A stretch of 64,000 bases of DNA, taken from Octopus bimaculoides (lineage: Eukaryota). The DNA is taken from the NCBI RefSeq assembly GCF_001194135.2, contig NC_068985.1, positions 16,718,848 through 16,782,847 on the forward strand, read 5' to 3'. Under the pieces are notes generated by a model. That model did no database searches and was not told where the DNA came from. It saw only the letters and a list, made by a program, of their open reading frames with translations. The position numbers and the translations under genes were made by a program. The number at the start of each line of letters is the position of its first letter. Position 1 is the stretch's first letter. Below, in pieces: positions 12,538 to 24,831 of the stretch.

Positions 12538-12924
12538 TTGGTAATCTTTCGATACTAGGCCGGAATATCGGCCTTTTCCGTAACACCTGCACGATCTTCA
12601 CTAGGGTTAGTTTTAGGGTTAGGGTTAGGGTTAAGAGAGATAGATAGTGGTAAGCAGCAAACAACAAGCAAAAACATAAAAAAAACATACCTTTTCTCTC
12701 TCTCTCTCCCTCTATATCTCTTTTAACCTTAACCCTTACCCTAACCCTAAACCTAAACACTAACCCTAACCCTAAAACCCCAATCCTGACACTAAAACCC
12801 TAACCCTAACACCCTAGTGAAGATTGTGCGGGTGTTACAGAAAAGGCCGATCTTTGGTAAAGATCGCCAAAGACACTTTTACGGAAAAGGCCGATATTCT
12901 GGCCTAGTATCGAAAGATCTCCAA
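12538..12924. mobile_element. Palindromic MITE with long TIRs and internal telomere-like arrays
   Basis: Left arm ttggtaatctttcgatactaggcc...cttcactaggg is complementary to the right arm ccctagtgaag...ggcctagtatcgaaagatctccaa. TTAGGG-like units at 12602-12633, CCCTAA-like units at 12724-12817; TAAT on both flanks. Confidence 0.8.
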
Positions 12925-13821
12925 TAATTTAAATGAGGAAAATATAAATTTAAAATTGATGTTACAATCGTTTCAGTAAACGGGCACTTTTTTAATATTC
13001 CATACCATACTTATAAATATGTACTGTATACAATACATGCAACATATGCAATAAAATAAAAATTACCATTGTTCATTCAATTTAATTAGACATCATTATG
13101 CGAAACATAATTGACTTAAGAAATAAACATGTGATGCACAATAAATTTATAACACTTCATGGGCATGTTGACGCAATTCAAATGCACAAGCGTGCGTATA
13201 TGTGTTTTGATATGCAATAGTCGTAAATGGGTATCACCATCATACAAGCGGTGGCATTCCCCTCCAATCTTCCATGAAAATGCTTGGCAAAACGTGTGAG
13301 GATTGAGGACAGGAAAGGCATCCCGACATAGAAAAATCTACTTCAATAAGCTCCACTTGACTCATGCAAGCATGAAAAAATGGACGTTAAAACGATGATG
13401 ATGCGTTTGTGTGTGTATATGTATGTGTTCACTTGTATACATATGCATGTGTGTGTGTGTTTGTGCACGCATTTGTATATATTTAATGAGAATATAACAA
13501 TATTTTAGTTCTTTCGTTGAATGAAAACCACAATGTATGAGTAGGATGAGAATTTTGGGGAAAAAAATTTGTGACTATGGCCATTAAACACAGAAACAAT
13601 AGCAAGGCATTTCATGAAAACATACATAGAAAGCAAAACAGTCAATGCATTTATAAATGGACACACAAACGGCAAATAGTCCCCCACAAATACACAGTTG
13701 CATTCGTAGACATACATAAATTCACAATACATTATACATAATAGATTAAACTCAATACATGCTTACAATACGCAACAGACACACACCATACACGTACATA
13801 AGCATCAGAATATTTGTTCAG

Positions 13822-13962
13822 TTTCTGATGGATTTATTCAATAATGATGTTGGAGATAAACGTCAATGGTTGCCAATATTGATAGCAGGACGGAGTCAGA
13901 TGTTAAAATGTATGTTTAGTCAACTTCATATTAACAGTGATGCAATAATATGGGAGAATAAA
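13822..13962 (+). CDS. Candidate exon, left plus-strand chain
   Basis: tttgttcag acceptor and GTAATA donor; 47 open codons FLMDLFNNDVGDKRQWLPILIAGRSQMLKCMFSQLHINSDAIIWENK, phase 0-0, joining 14871 in frame. An alternative GTATGT donor lies at 13910. Confidence 0.35.
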
Positions 13963-14870
13963 GTAATAAAGTGTCTGACATTATGGTTTGCAAAGCATGT
14001 TTCTGTTTCTCTGTTTTAGCAGCATTAGCGATATGCTGAAATCTGTGACATATCGATAAAAAGAAACATCGTTATAAATATAATAGTTTCACAAGCCAAC
14101 GAGGTCGCTTGAACAACTAGAAATAGCAGCTAGCTAAATCTCCCTCAAATTACATTCTAATGTCTTAAAAAATAGACACATTGGATAATGTAGTTTGGAG
14201 TACAACAATGTCTGATGAAAGACGGGACTGTAATAACGGGAATACCTTTGATCATATTCTTGTTTGATCAGGACTGGGGCTAACCAACAAGTAATAATCA
14301 CACCCTTCCCTATCAAAATGGAGAAGACTTATGGGATAATGTAGTCCTAGGTAGATAAAGTAGGATGATCAGTGTTGCAACACCTTTAATGATAGGTCTA
14401 CTCAATCATGGTTGACCTAGGGTTAAACAACAACTAATAAATTCACTCATCCATGAATACTTTGCCAATCATTAATGTGTAAAAATAAGTTTTGCTTCTG
14501 CCTAAAAGTACATATTATGATAAAGAAATTAAGTTAATCCAAACATATTGAAGTTTTAAATTGGATATATGAAATTCACAAAAAATGATGAAATTTCTGT
14601 TTTTTTAAAAAAATGAATTATTTATATTATCGATATTTTCTTCTGATATATAACACAGACTTTCATATCTGTCAAACTTTCTATATTTTCATTTAAAAGA
14701 TGTAAAAATTCACTCATTACCATATGAAAAGATTCAATCTTAGAATAGCTCATCATAATCATAGCCTAATCTAAATAAAGATGTGCTCAGCAAACTGTTC
14801 TTATACAACTTTATTCATAATTTCTTAATGATAATCTTTTTCTCTTTCCTTTTGTCATATATAATCTCAG

Positions 14871-14922
14871 TTTGATCCTGCTGTGTGGCATTTTAGGAAA
14901 TTGTCTTCCATCAGAGTCTCAG
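14871..14922 (+). CDS. Candidate exon, left plus-strand chain
   Basis: Long polypyrimidine tract with CAG acceptor and CAG|GTAAAT donor; FDPAVWHFRKLSSIRVS, phase 0-1. Confidence 0.45.
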
Positions 14923-15592
14923 GTAAATGTATGAAAATCTATCAGAAGTGTTCTTGCTCATGGGCAGTAGACTAAATTCCTTGGTGACATTAGGAGAATT
15001 ACTTCATTGCAAACATTTAGGTGAGATTTTTGGTTTGAGGATAGCTTCCATTCTTAGGCGCAGGAGTAGCTGTGTGGTAAGTAGCTTGCTTACCAACCAC
15101 ATGAAGGTCATAGGAGCTACCCTTCCACTTTTGACTAGGCCATTTAAAAAAAAAAATCTCGCTACAAGATTTCCTTTATGGAACATAACTCACTGCATTT
15201 ATATTCAATAAACTTTACATTATTATCATTATACTTATCATTATTAGTTTCTGTATTTATTTTCCTACCTAATGCTTCTTACAAATATAAGTTCTGATAC
15301 CCTTTTTTAAGATACAGAATTTACTGTAGGGATTTGAAGCTACATTTCTTTTCATCATTGCATAACAAGCAAGCCAAGAGTTTGAGTTCTAGTTGTAAAT
15401 TGTTAACTCTAATAGATAGTATGCAAAGTAAAGTTTATAGATGCTTCAGTAGCACTCAGTATTAACTTTAAAGTACTAAGCTATCACTTAAATTTCGAGT
15501 CAGCTCGTTTACTTCTTTTGTTTTAGTTTTCGTTCCTTTTGCTTTCTTTATAACATAGCTAAGATTTCTCATTAACAATTAGCTTATTCCAG

Positions 15593-15664
15593 ATGTTGGC
15601 AAGTATATCAAAATGGAAAAGCTTATGCCTCAGATTACTTTTGAAACTATTCTCAATTGTTTAG
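15593..15664 (+). CDS. Candidate exon, left plus-strand chain
   Basis: cttattccag acceptor and TAG|GTATAT donor; (D)VGKYIKMEKLMPQITFETILNCL, phase 1-1, compatible with the previous exon. Confidence 0.45.
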   Translation: MLASISKWKSLCLRLLLKLFSIV

Positions 15665-16209
15665 GTATATATGTAGATGTGTGTATGTGTGTGTAAGTGA
15701 GAGAGTAAGTGAGATAGAGAAAGCAAGAGAGAGAGAAAGAGAAGGAAAGAGATAGAGAAAGCAAGAGAGAGAGAGATGTTAGCTCCCGAAATAGTTGTCT
15801 TTTAGCAGTCAGCTGTCATCTGTAATGTACTAATATTCTATGTCCAAATCTCCTGGCAACTGCAACCACTATACCATTCATCATTGTTTAATTACCTCTG
15901 ATTGTTCATTAGAAATTAATTACCGATTATTCATGAAAGAGGTCAAGAATTTTAACATTACTACTTGCAAAGGCCATGGCTTCCAGAGGTTAATTTTGTT
16001 TTGACTACAGCTTTCATTTCTATCCTTAAAAATTTACCAACTTATGGAATATTATTAGCATCTAATGAAATTTAAAAGTAATGACAGACTATTAATGGTC
16101 ATTTTCATGTAAATCTATCTTACACTGTTTTAACCAGTTCCTTTTCCAAATACCTTCAGTATTTTATGACTACTTATAATGACTCCCTTAGATTTGTATT
16201 TAGAGCTTT

Positions 16210-16500
16210 ATTACCTCCACCTTAGTGAAGGCAAAGGTATTGTTTGAGTCGTGTTTGTTTATCTGTGGACAAGATATCTCAAGAACCGCTGGATGGATTC
16301 AGATGAAACTTTCAGGAATGTTTGGCCTTGTGACTGACATGGACTGATTAGATTTGGGGATCGATCTGGTACCGGACAAGGATTCTGGATTATTTTTCCT
16401 GTTTTTTTATTTAATTTTTGAGAGCGGTCGGGTTCATTTTTAGTATTCTCATTTGTAACAGCAGTCGAATTTATTTCAGATATTCTCATTTTAAAAATCA
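16210..16500 (+). mobile_element. Helentron-associated (HINE/DINE-like) non-autonomous element
   Basis: Starts ttacctccacc...aaggt, then tgtttgtttatctgt and gaaccgctggatggattcagatgaaact, resembling this widespread class as I remember it. Confidence 0.4.
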
Positions 16501-17164
16501 TCAATAAGTACTAAGTTTACAAAGAATAAGTCCTGGGGTAGATTTGCTCAACTAAAGGCAGTGCTCCAGCATGGCCACAGTCAAATGACTGTAAAAGAGT
16601 ATGCAGGACAAAATGCTTAGTGAGATTTTGTCAGTCTTTATGTTCTGAGTTAAAATTCTGCTGAGGCTGACTTTGCCTTTTATCCTTTTGTGGGGGATCA
16701 ATATAATAAGAACCAGTTATGTACAGGGATCAGTGTAAACCTCATCCCCCAAAACTTTAGGTTTTGTGCCTATAATAGAGAGGATTATTTTTACAGAAGT
16801 TTGTTTAAAAAAATAAATTCAGATTAATCTCTTGATGTATATCAAATGACAAATAAAAATTTCCTGAAGAGACAAATGCATTAAACTTTGAATTGGTTAA
16901 CAATTATACTTCACTTCATGTTTATTCAATTATGATAGTAAAGAGTAAATATTGTTCTAAATTTAGTTGAAGCTACTGTGAAACACTTTGTATAGTTGCT
17001 TTTAAAACACACCCAGCCTCTGGCAAAGTTCTTTTGCAAGCTTGGACATGCGCTTCGTGCTGTTAGATTAAACATATTTCATAGAGAGAATGTTAACAAT
17101 ATGTTAACTAGGCAAAAAATCAGTTAAAAAATATTACAAGTATAGCTGTTTAGGATTTCTATAG

Positions 17165-17261
17165 ATCCTTCTACTACTTTTAGCAGCAGCAGCAGCAGTA
17201 GCAGTAGTAGTAATAGTGACTTTAAACCATACTACTACAGCCATTGTATTACTGCTCCTTG
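17165..17261 (+). CDS. Candidate exon containing poly-Ser from (AGC)n(AGT)n
   Basis: ttctatag acceptor and G|GTAAGA donor; (D)PSTTFSSSSSSSSSSNSDFKPYYYSHCITAP, phase 1-2. Confidence 0.3.
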
Positions 17262-17805
17262 GTAAGACACGCAAAACTGCGTCTGGATGAAGCAGGTGAA
17301 ACAGCAATTTCACTGTAAAAGCAATTACACCAACAATAGACAAACCTCCACTTGAGTTACATACAAGAATATTCCATGGATTTGAAAGATAAAGGAGGTG
17401 ACCCAGAACATGATAGACAAGTTAGCATAAAATGTATATCATATGTGATTCTTGAGAGTTTGGAAAGACACAAGCTGACAATAGACTTATTCAACAGTGA
17501 AGTCTTGTCAATGTAAATTTCTCACTCAATATCTGTATCAAATAAATCTTTTTAAGTTGTTGCTGTTGTTGTTGTTGTTGTATGTTTGCGTAGCTCCTGA
17601 TGGTCTCAGATCAAGCAGAACTTTGATCGATGTGTTCTAGCCATAGACATATTCTCTTATTTTCAGATAAAGTAATCAAGACTACTTTATCCAATGTGTT
17701 ATTCCATTTTTTAAATAATAGATTATGGTTTGAGGGGAATTCAATTGTTCTTTTTGCAGGTTGAGTGACTGCTCAGAGGTTTTTTTCATTAAATATGTAA
17801 ATTAA

Positions 17806-18010
17806 CCCTTGAACATTTAAATCAATCATATCAAGCCAAAATATTCTACTTGTTTTATGTTCAAACTGACCAGATCTGGCGTCTTCCACCTACCTTACAA
17901 TGTCATTCTAAAAATAAACAATCACATCATTCAAATCTCAAAGGTACAAGATAATGCATGGTTAATTCAAAATATTGTGAATAAATAAGAGTAATATGAA
18001 TGCTAAAGAG
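17806..18010. mobile_element. piggyBac-type MITE (family 1), degenerate
   Basis: TTAA|CCCTTGAACATT ... AATGCTAAAGAG|TTGA; it sits between two diverged copies of a 150-bp repeat (about 17650-17800 and 18035-18185). Confidence 0.55.
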
Positions 18011-18520
18011 TTGAGTGTTTCACTCATAGTCATTCCCTTTAATTTTCAGACAATGTAACAAAGACTACACTATCCAATATATTACTCAATTTTTAAAATA
18101 GAAGATTGTGGTTTGAGGGGAATTTAGCTGCCCTTCTTGTAGGTTGAGTGACTGCTTAGAGGCTTTTTCATTAAATATCTGGATTAATGCATTCAAACTG
18201 ACAGTTTACTGAGATTTCAAATAAGTCTTTCCATCTGTCACACTTGAAATGGTACTATGAAAGCTCTAGGCAGTTTGAAGACAATATAACTTACTGGGAA
18301 TTTTTCACCAATGATATGCACAGGGAAATATGACAAGTCAATGAGAGGCTCTCTACGTGGTTGTTTAGCCAGCTAGAAACAGCAGGCAAATCTACCTTAA
18401 ATCACAAACTACTGACTTGAAATAGGAGTATATATTGGATAATGTAATATATCTAGCTATACTATGTATGAAGCATTTTTGATTATATGTTTGCTTGATT
18501 AGGGCTGACCTGAAAGAGGA

Positions 18521-18584
18521 GAAGAAGAAGAAGAAGAAGAAGAAGAAGAAGAAGAAGAAGAAGAAGAAGAAGAAGAAGAAGAAG

Positions 18585-18656
<72 letters not shown>
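18521..18656. repeat. Compound trinucleotide repeat (GAA)31(GTA)14
   Basis: Read directly. Confidence 0.95.
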
Positions 18657-18657
<1 letters not shown>

Positions 18658-19080
18658 TGTTTTTTTTTGTTTGCTTCTATATGATATATGCACCATCATG
18701 TCTGAATGTAAAAACGAGCCATACTTGAAATATGAGGATACACATTTTCTTGTGTTCTGATTAATAGCCTCAACAATAACAACAAAAAGTCTTGAAGAAC
18801 TCTCACTCCCATTGTACTCTCCTTTCTTTCAACTATTTTTTTTTTTTTTTACTTTCTTCAAACATGTATACATTCTCAGTGGTTCATAAACCTCAAAAAT
18901 TCTTTTTCACAAAAGAAGGACTTTAGTTGAAGGATTGGGATTCTAGTTTCACTTCAACAATACAATCTTATCCTAATTTACAAACTTCACCTGATACATC
19001 ATAACTTGGTTGATTGGGAGAAAGACAGAAACTTAAAAACAGAAATAGATGCTAAAACAGAGCATAATATTGAAAAAAAA

Positions 19081-19470
19081 TAGGAGTGGCTGTGTGGTCA
19101 GTAGCTTGCTTACCAACCACATGGTTCTGGGTTCAGTCCCACTGCGTGGCACCTTGGGCAAGTGTCTTCTACTATAGCCTCGGGCTGACCAAAGCCTTGT
19201 GAGTGGATTTGGTAGAAGGAAACTGAAAGAAGCCCGTTGTATATGTGTGTGTGTGTGTATGTTTGTGTGTCTGTGTTTGACCCCCAACTTCGTTTGACAA
19301 CCGATGCTGGTGTACTTACATCCCTGTAACTTAGTGGTTCAGCAAAAGAGACCGATAGAATAAGTACTAGGATTACAAAGAATAAGTCCTGGGGTCGATA
19401 TGTTTGACTAAAGGCGGTGCTCCAGCATGGCCGCAGTCAAATGACTGAAACAAGTAAAAGAGTAAAGAGA
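19081..19470 (+). mobile_element. SINE family A, full-length, little decayed
   Basis: Head-to-tail colinear with 2659-3149. Confidence 0.9.
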
Positions 19471-19770
19471 GTATTCTAAGTTAAAATCTGAGATGATATG
19501 TAAGCTCTGAATGAAAATTAACTTCTGACTGAAAAACAATTTAAATAAAACAATTACTTGAGTATTATCATAGAATTGATAAATCTAATTTTCGGAGTGG
19601 GGGTGGAGTGGGGCATTAATGATTGATTTCTTTAGAATTTTAGCTTATTGACCCATTACATACATATATGGATGATCTTTACAATATCTTTTGCACTTTG
19701 GTCTACTAACAGCAGCTAAATGTATGTCAGATTAGACAAACCGATGAAAGAGCTACTACAAGGTTGATCG

Positions 19771-20063
19771 ACCTGCTAGAAATAGCAGCTAAATTTCACT
19801 CAAATCACTACTCTGCCATCTTGAAGTGTATAAAAAGGAAGGACACACTTGAGAATATCATATGCGATAAAGTATGGTAGATAAGAAAGGATTATCATTC
19901 TGCCTTAGATCATAGGTCTGCAGATATAGCAGCTAAATTTCATTTAAATCACCATTCTGCCATCTTGAAATATACAAAAAAGGAAGGACATTGGATAATA
20001 TCATATGAGATAAAGTATGGAAGATGAGAAAGGATGGTCATAGTTAGACTGCCTTAGATCAAT
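19771..20063 (+). repeat. Two tandem units of about 145 bp of an interspersed repeat (family F, ctagaaatagcagc-aaat)
   Basis: Units 19771-19915 and 19916-20063 align; the same family occurs at about 14090-14430, 18340-18520, 20880 and 60640-60800 (-). Confidence 0.7.
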
Positions 20064-20263
20064 GACTGCCTGCTCAATGACTGTTGACCTTGGACTAAAC
20101 AACAACAATAACATGTCAGAAATAATGTTTATGTTAGTCTTTCCTCACACCTGAACACTGTCAAATCTTGTAAATCAACAACTTAAAATGATTTGCTACA
20201 AGTTTCCTGTTGCCAAAAATTAAATAAATCAATTAAAATAAATAAAAAGAAGTCTTATAATAC

Positions 20264-20350
20264 CTCGTTGAAGTCACCTGTAGAATTGGGAAGGACTATG
20301 ATGTCATATGACATCTGCTTCTCAAAGTTATCATAAGTGAAGTGACATAA
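20264..20350 (-). CDS. Candidate internal exon, unidentified
   Basis: tatgttgtag acceptor and GAG|GTATTA donor; 29 open codons LCHFTYDNFEKQMSYDIIVLPNSTGDFNE, phase 0-0. Confidence 0.3.
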
Positions 20351-21149
20351 CTACAACATAATCAAGGAGCCTCTACGTGTTTGCTTGACCGACTAGAAAT
20401 AGCAGGCAAAGGTCCTTCAAACCATGTTCTGAGGTACCGTTAGCTGTTACTCACAAGCAAGCATAACCTGATAGCATGTACCATGTTTTCGGAGCCTATG
20501 TAGTCCAAATAGACACACCCAACTTCTCAGCCTCTCACCCCAGGACCTGTGGTACATCTAGGATGTGATAGCTGGAGGGAGAGAGGGAGCTGCACCTGCA
20601 CTCCATATGGTACTCACTACAGTTGAGTAGAACTGGAGAAACTTCATGAAATGAAGAGCTTTGCTCAAGGACACAACACACCATCTGGTATAGGAACTGA
20701 ACCCATGAGCTTATGACAGTGATCCAAATACCTTAACCACTGGACCATGACCTGTTTTAAATGAAGAAGTATAATGTAAGATAAAATGATAATGGTTGGA
20801 GCATCTTTGATCATGAATCTGTTCTATCAGGGTTGACCTGGGGTTAAATAATGACAACCTGATCATGGAGACTCATCATGATCACTCAATCTGCTAGAAA
20901 TGGTAACTAAAGTTCACATAAACCACACATTAAATTTTAAAAACAGAAATGTTATACTAATTAAAGTTGTTCTTGATATATATTATTGTAAAAAGACGAG
21001 ATTGTCATGGTTTTTTTAATCATAGATTAGCTTAGTCATAGCTGACCACAACAGCTTGATTATAGATTTTGCTTGTTAATGGTTTACTTCTGCCTATGAC
21101 AAGACCTTTTTAAAACATTGTGTTACTCTTCAAAGAAGGTATTTTTGTT

Positions 21150-21560
21150 TTACTTGTTTCAGTCATTGAACTGTGGCCATGCTGGGGCACTGCCTTTGAA
21201 AGGTTTTAGTCAAATCAATTGATTTTGGTACTTGATTTTTAAGTTTGCAATTCATTCCATTGATCACTTTTGGCAAACCACAAAGTTGTGAGGATGTAAA
21301 CAAACCATCACCAGTTATTAAGTGATGGGTGGTGAGATTCACACACACGTGTGCACACGCATGCTCATACACACATACAAAATCTCACACACACACACAG
21401 ATACATATACAGTTGTTTCAACAGAGTTTTCACCTAATTGCATCTAAATTTACTCACAAGGCATTGCTTGGCTCAGAGCTGGAATAGAAGACACTTGTTC
21501 AAAGTACCACGCAATGGGACTGAACCCAAATCCACATGGTTGCATAGCTAACTTCTTAAC
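21150..21560 (-). mobile_element. SINE family A, reverse orientation, decayed
   Basis: ttacttgtttcagtcattg...ctgtggccatgctgg reverse-matches the family tail; head near 21560. Confidence 0.75.
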
Positions 21561-21920
21561 CACACATCCATGAGTGTAGTGATCCATTTGATAAAACTGA
21601 AATCTATATAAAACCACCAAACAAGAAACTATGCTGTTGTTATTGCTGTTTGATTTCTTCTTGAGCAGACCTTTGATCAAAAGCATTCTAGTCATGACCA
21701 TCCAACCTTTTTCAGATATACTACATGTAAGACTAAATTTCCCCAAGTCTCTTCCTAGGAGCAAGTGTGGCTGTGTATTGAGAAGTTTGCTTCCCAACCA
21801 CATGGTTCTAGGTTCAGTCGTGCCATGTGGCACTCAAGATAAATGTCTTCTGCTATATCTCCAGGCTGACCAAAAGCTTGTGAATGGATTGGGGAGATGG
21901 AAACTGAAAAAAGACCTATC

Positions 21921-21974
<54 letters not shown>

Positions 21975-22640
21975 ATATANNNNNNNNNNNNNNNNNNNNN
22001 NNNNNNNNNNNNNNNNNNNNNNNNNNNNNNNNNNNNNNNNNNNNNNNNNNNNNNNNNNNNNNNNNNNNNNNNNNNTATATATATATATATATATATAGGC
22101 GCAGGAGTGGCTGTGTGATAAGTAGCTTGCTTACCAACCACATGGTTATGGGTTCAGTCCCACTGCATGATAGAACGTCCTTTACCAAGATGACAGTACA
22201 GTAATATCAGACCAGGAATCATATGATTACTAAGCAAACTTCTTAATCATTTGACCAAGCTTGCACCAACAGATGATAGGAATTGTAAACAAGGCATATG
22301 TAGATAAAATCCTTCATGTATGCTATTCTTTAAAATATATCCTTTATCTATGAATTCTTATCTCAATGCACTACCAAGGTATTGTTCTCTCTTTGTTTTT
22401 ATCAACTCTGTTGGTACATAAGAACAGTGATAGGATGTTCTGTAGGCTACTCAAGTCACATCAGCTAGTGATGGGAGTTTTCCTCTAGGAAAATGAGATT
22501 CTGTCTATTCTCCCCCTCATGAAAAGGATTAGCCTGCAAGAGTCCTGTGTCAGAGCCACATATAAAGCACTTGTGCTGTTGTCATAGGTGCAGACAATGT
22601 GTGCAGACAATTCGTGTGCAGACAATTCACCAACAGACAA

Positions 22641-22774
22641 TTCCCACAGGGCCTCAGACTCAACAGGGAGGCCTATATCAAGTGCCTGGAGGAGGTTGTG
22701 GTGTTCCCCTGGGTCAAGAGGGTGGCTGCTGGAACACCCTATGCCTGGCAAAAGGACTCTGCACCATACAACAC
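22641..22774 (+). mobile_element. Fragment of a maT (DD37D, Tc1/mariner) transposase catalytic domain
   Basis: FPQGLRLNREAYIKCLEEVVVFPWVKRVAAGTPYAWQKDSAPYNT resembles the ...PWI......YVWQQDSAPxH second-Asp region of maT transposases. Confidence 0.7.
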
Positions 22775-23479
22775 AATTGTCGTGTCTGTAAGTTGTCTAT
22801 CAGCCAACTGTCTGTTGACAAATTGTCTGTCTACCAGCACTCTAGCCATCATATGGTCTTCATTATTGATCACATCAACTAAAAGAACAGTAAGCAATTA
22901 AGTTGTCACACAATTGTGACATGGTATGTGGTTAAGAAGCTTGTTTTGAAACTATATGGTTTCAGGTTCAATCCCATTGTGTGACACCTTGCACAAATGC
23001 TTTCTACTATAGCCAAGGCTGACAAATGCTTTTGTGTCTGAATTTGGCAAACAGATACTGTGTGGAAGCCCACTGTACACACACATACACACACACACAC
23101 ATGTGAGTGAGTGTAGTGTGGTTTTGTTTACATCCCTGCAACTTAGCGGTTTGGCAAAAGAGACCAATAGATTATGTCTGATTTCATTCTAAAACTAGAG
23201 TAATACAAAAGTTCAACCAATCATTAATTGGAACATTAATTAAAGAAAATAAAAACCTAGCAACTGGTTTAGTTTCTAATTTTGAAAGTTGTTAATGAGT
23301 TTACACTTACATTTAAAAGTGCAGGTATGGGTGTATGGTTAAGTAGTTCCAGTTTATATCACACATGTGGCACTTTGGGAAAGTGTCTTCGACTATAGTC
23401 TGGGTTTGATCGAAACTTTGTGAGTGGATTTGTAGATGGAAATTGGAAGAAGTCTGGTGTGTGTGTGTGTGTTTGTGGA

Positions 23480-23690
23480 TGGGTCTCCTTGTACTGCTGT
23501 TAACAAGTGTCACCATTATACAAGCAGTCATTTGGTTCAAGTCTTCCTTGCAAACATGTCCAGTCAAGGGAATATATTACTGTACTTGGAAACAGGTGAG
23601 GGTTGGTAACAAGAAAGGCATCTAGCCACAGGAAATTTGCTTCAATGAATCCCACCTGACCCATGTAAATAGGGAAAAGTGATAACAATG
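23480..23690 (+). mobile_element. SINE family E (cttggaaacaggtgagggttgg...gacccatgcaagcatggaaaagtgg)
   Basis: Matches copies at about 610-770 (-), 13230-13400, 42630-42880 (-), 45790-46020 and 54100-54310. Confidence 0.7.
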
Positions 23691-24797
23691 ATATTATCTT
23701 TAATTAGATAAATTATTCTTATGCTGCTGAATTTTAAAATAATAATTGCTATAACATTAAATATTAAAATTAAGGTTAAATTTACTGACATCTGTCTAAA
23801 ATAGAATTTATTAATGAAAAATATGTTGTATTAAAATTTAATTGCTTTTCAGTAAAAGCAAAAAATTGCTGAGTAATTTCAGCTTTTTAATTTTTTTAAG
23901 GGAAAAAAAATCAAGCAAAAAAAATAGTTCAAATAAATATTTAATTAAATGAATAAAACAAAAACAAAATCCTAGTCTTTAATCATCTTTTTACTGCAAT
24001 TCAAATTTCCTACCAGCTTTGTGGATCATGTTAAAACTGACTTCCTCCTTTGCAAAGTGCCTCTCAAATTAGAGATATAACTTTATATGGGTTGACATCC
24101 TTTCAAGAAGAGGTAGTCATATTCAATAAAGACTCTGTTAACACCAAGTTGAATTACTTGTACAGGGTGTAAACTAGTACTCTTGTGTTCCTCTGTATAT
24201 CCTATCATGATACAAGTGGTAGCTTAGAATGTCTGATAAAAGACTGAAAAATATTTCCATGGAGTGAGCCAAAATGAACAAAATACTAATTCCCTTTTAA
24301 CTTAGAATAGAGAAATAGCGAAGTAAAGGACAGAATAAACTGCTGAAAAATTGAACAAAAAACCCTCCACTTGATTGACAATTCACTGGTTGTAAGTTGT
24401 ATTGTTTTAGCTACACTGGCTGCTTCATTTTCATGTTCCTATACGCACATGGCATAATATATTATCATCATCATTTAATGTCCCTTTTGCCATACTGGCA
24501 TGGGTTGAATGGTTTTACATGAATTGATGAGCTCGAGGGCTGTGGCAAACTCCAATACTTGCTTTGGCATGGTTTCTACACCAACCACTTCCCAGACTGT
24601 ACAGGGTGCTTTTTTTTTTTTTACAAGACATCAGCACTGGTGGTGTCACCAAGTACTGACATGAGAAAACCCTCAAGTAAGTGGAATATAGTACTGAGGG
24701 ATATGGAAGTATGGTACAAGGACAGAAGTAGGTGTTTTGTTGAAAAGATGAATACACAGCTTCTACATCTGGAGTGAAGAGGGAGAGAATGATATAC

Positions 24798-24831
<34 letters not shown>

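Noticed and set aside
12602-12817. Ancient chromosome end-to-end fusion site
   Set aside because: The arrays are short and enclosed by matching TIRs with a candidate TSD, so a transposon explanation is simpler.
20264-20278. GDFNE as an endonuclease/exonuclease/phosphatase catalytic motif
   Set aside because: The preceding residues lack the hydrophobic strand typical of that motif; too short to call.
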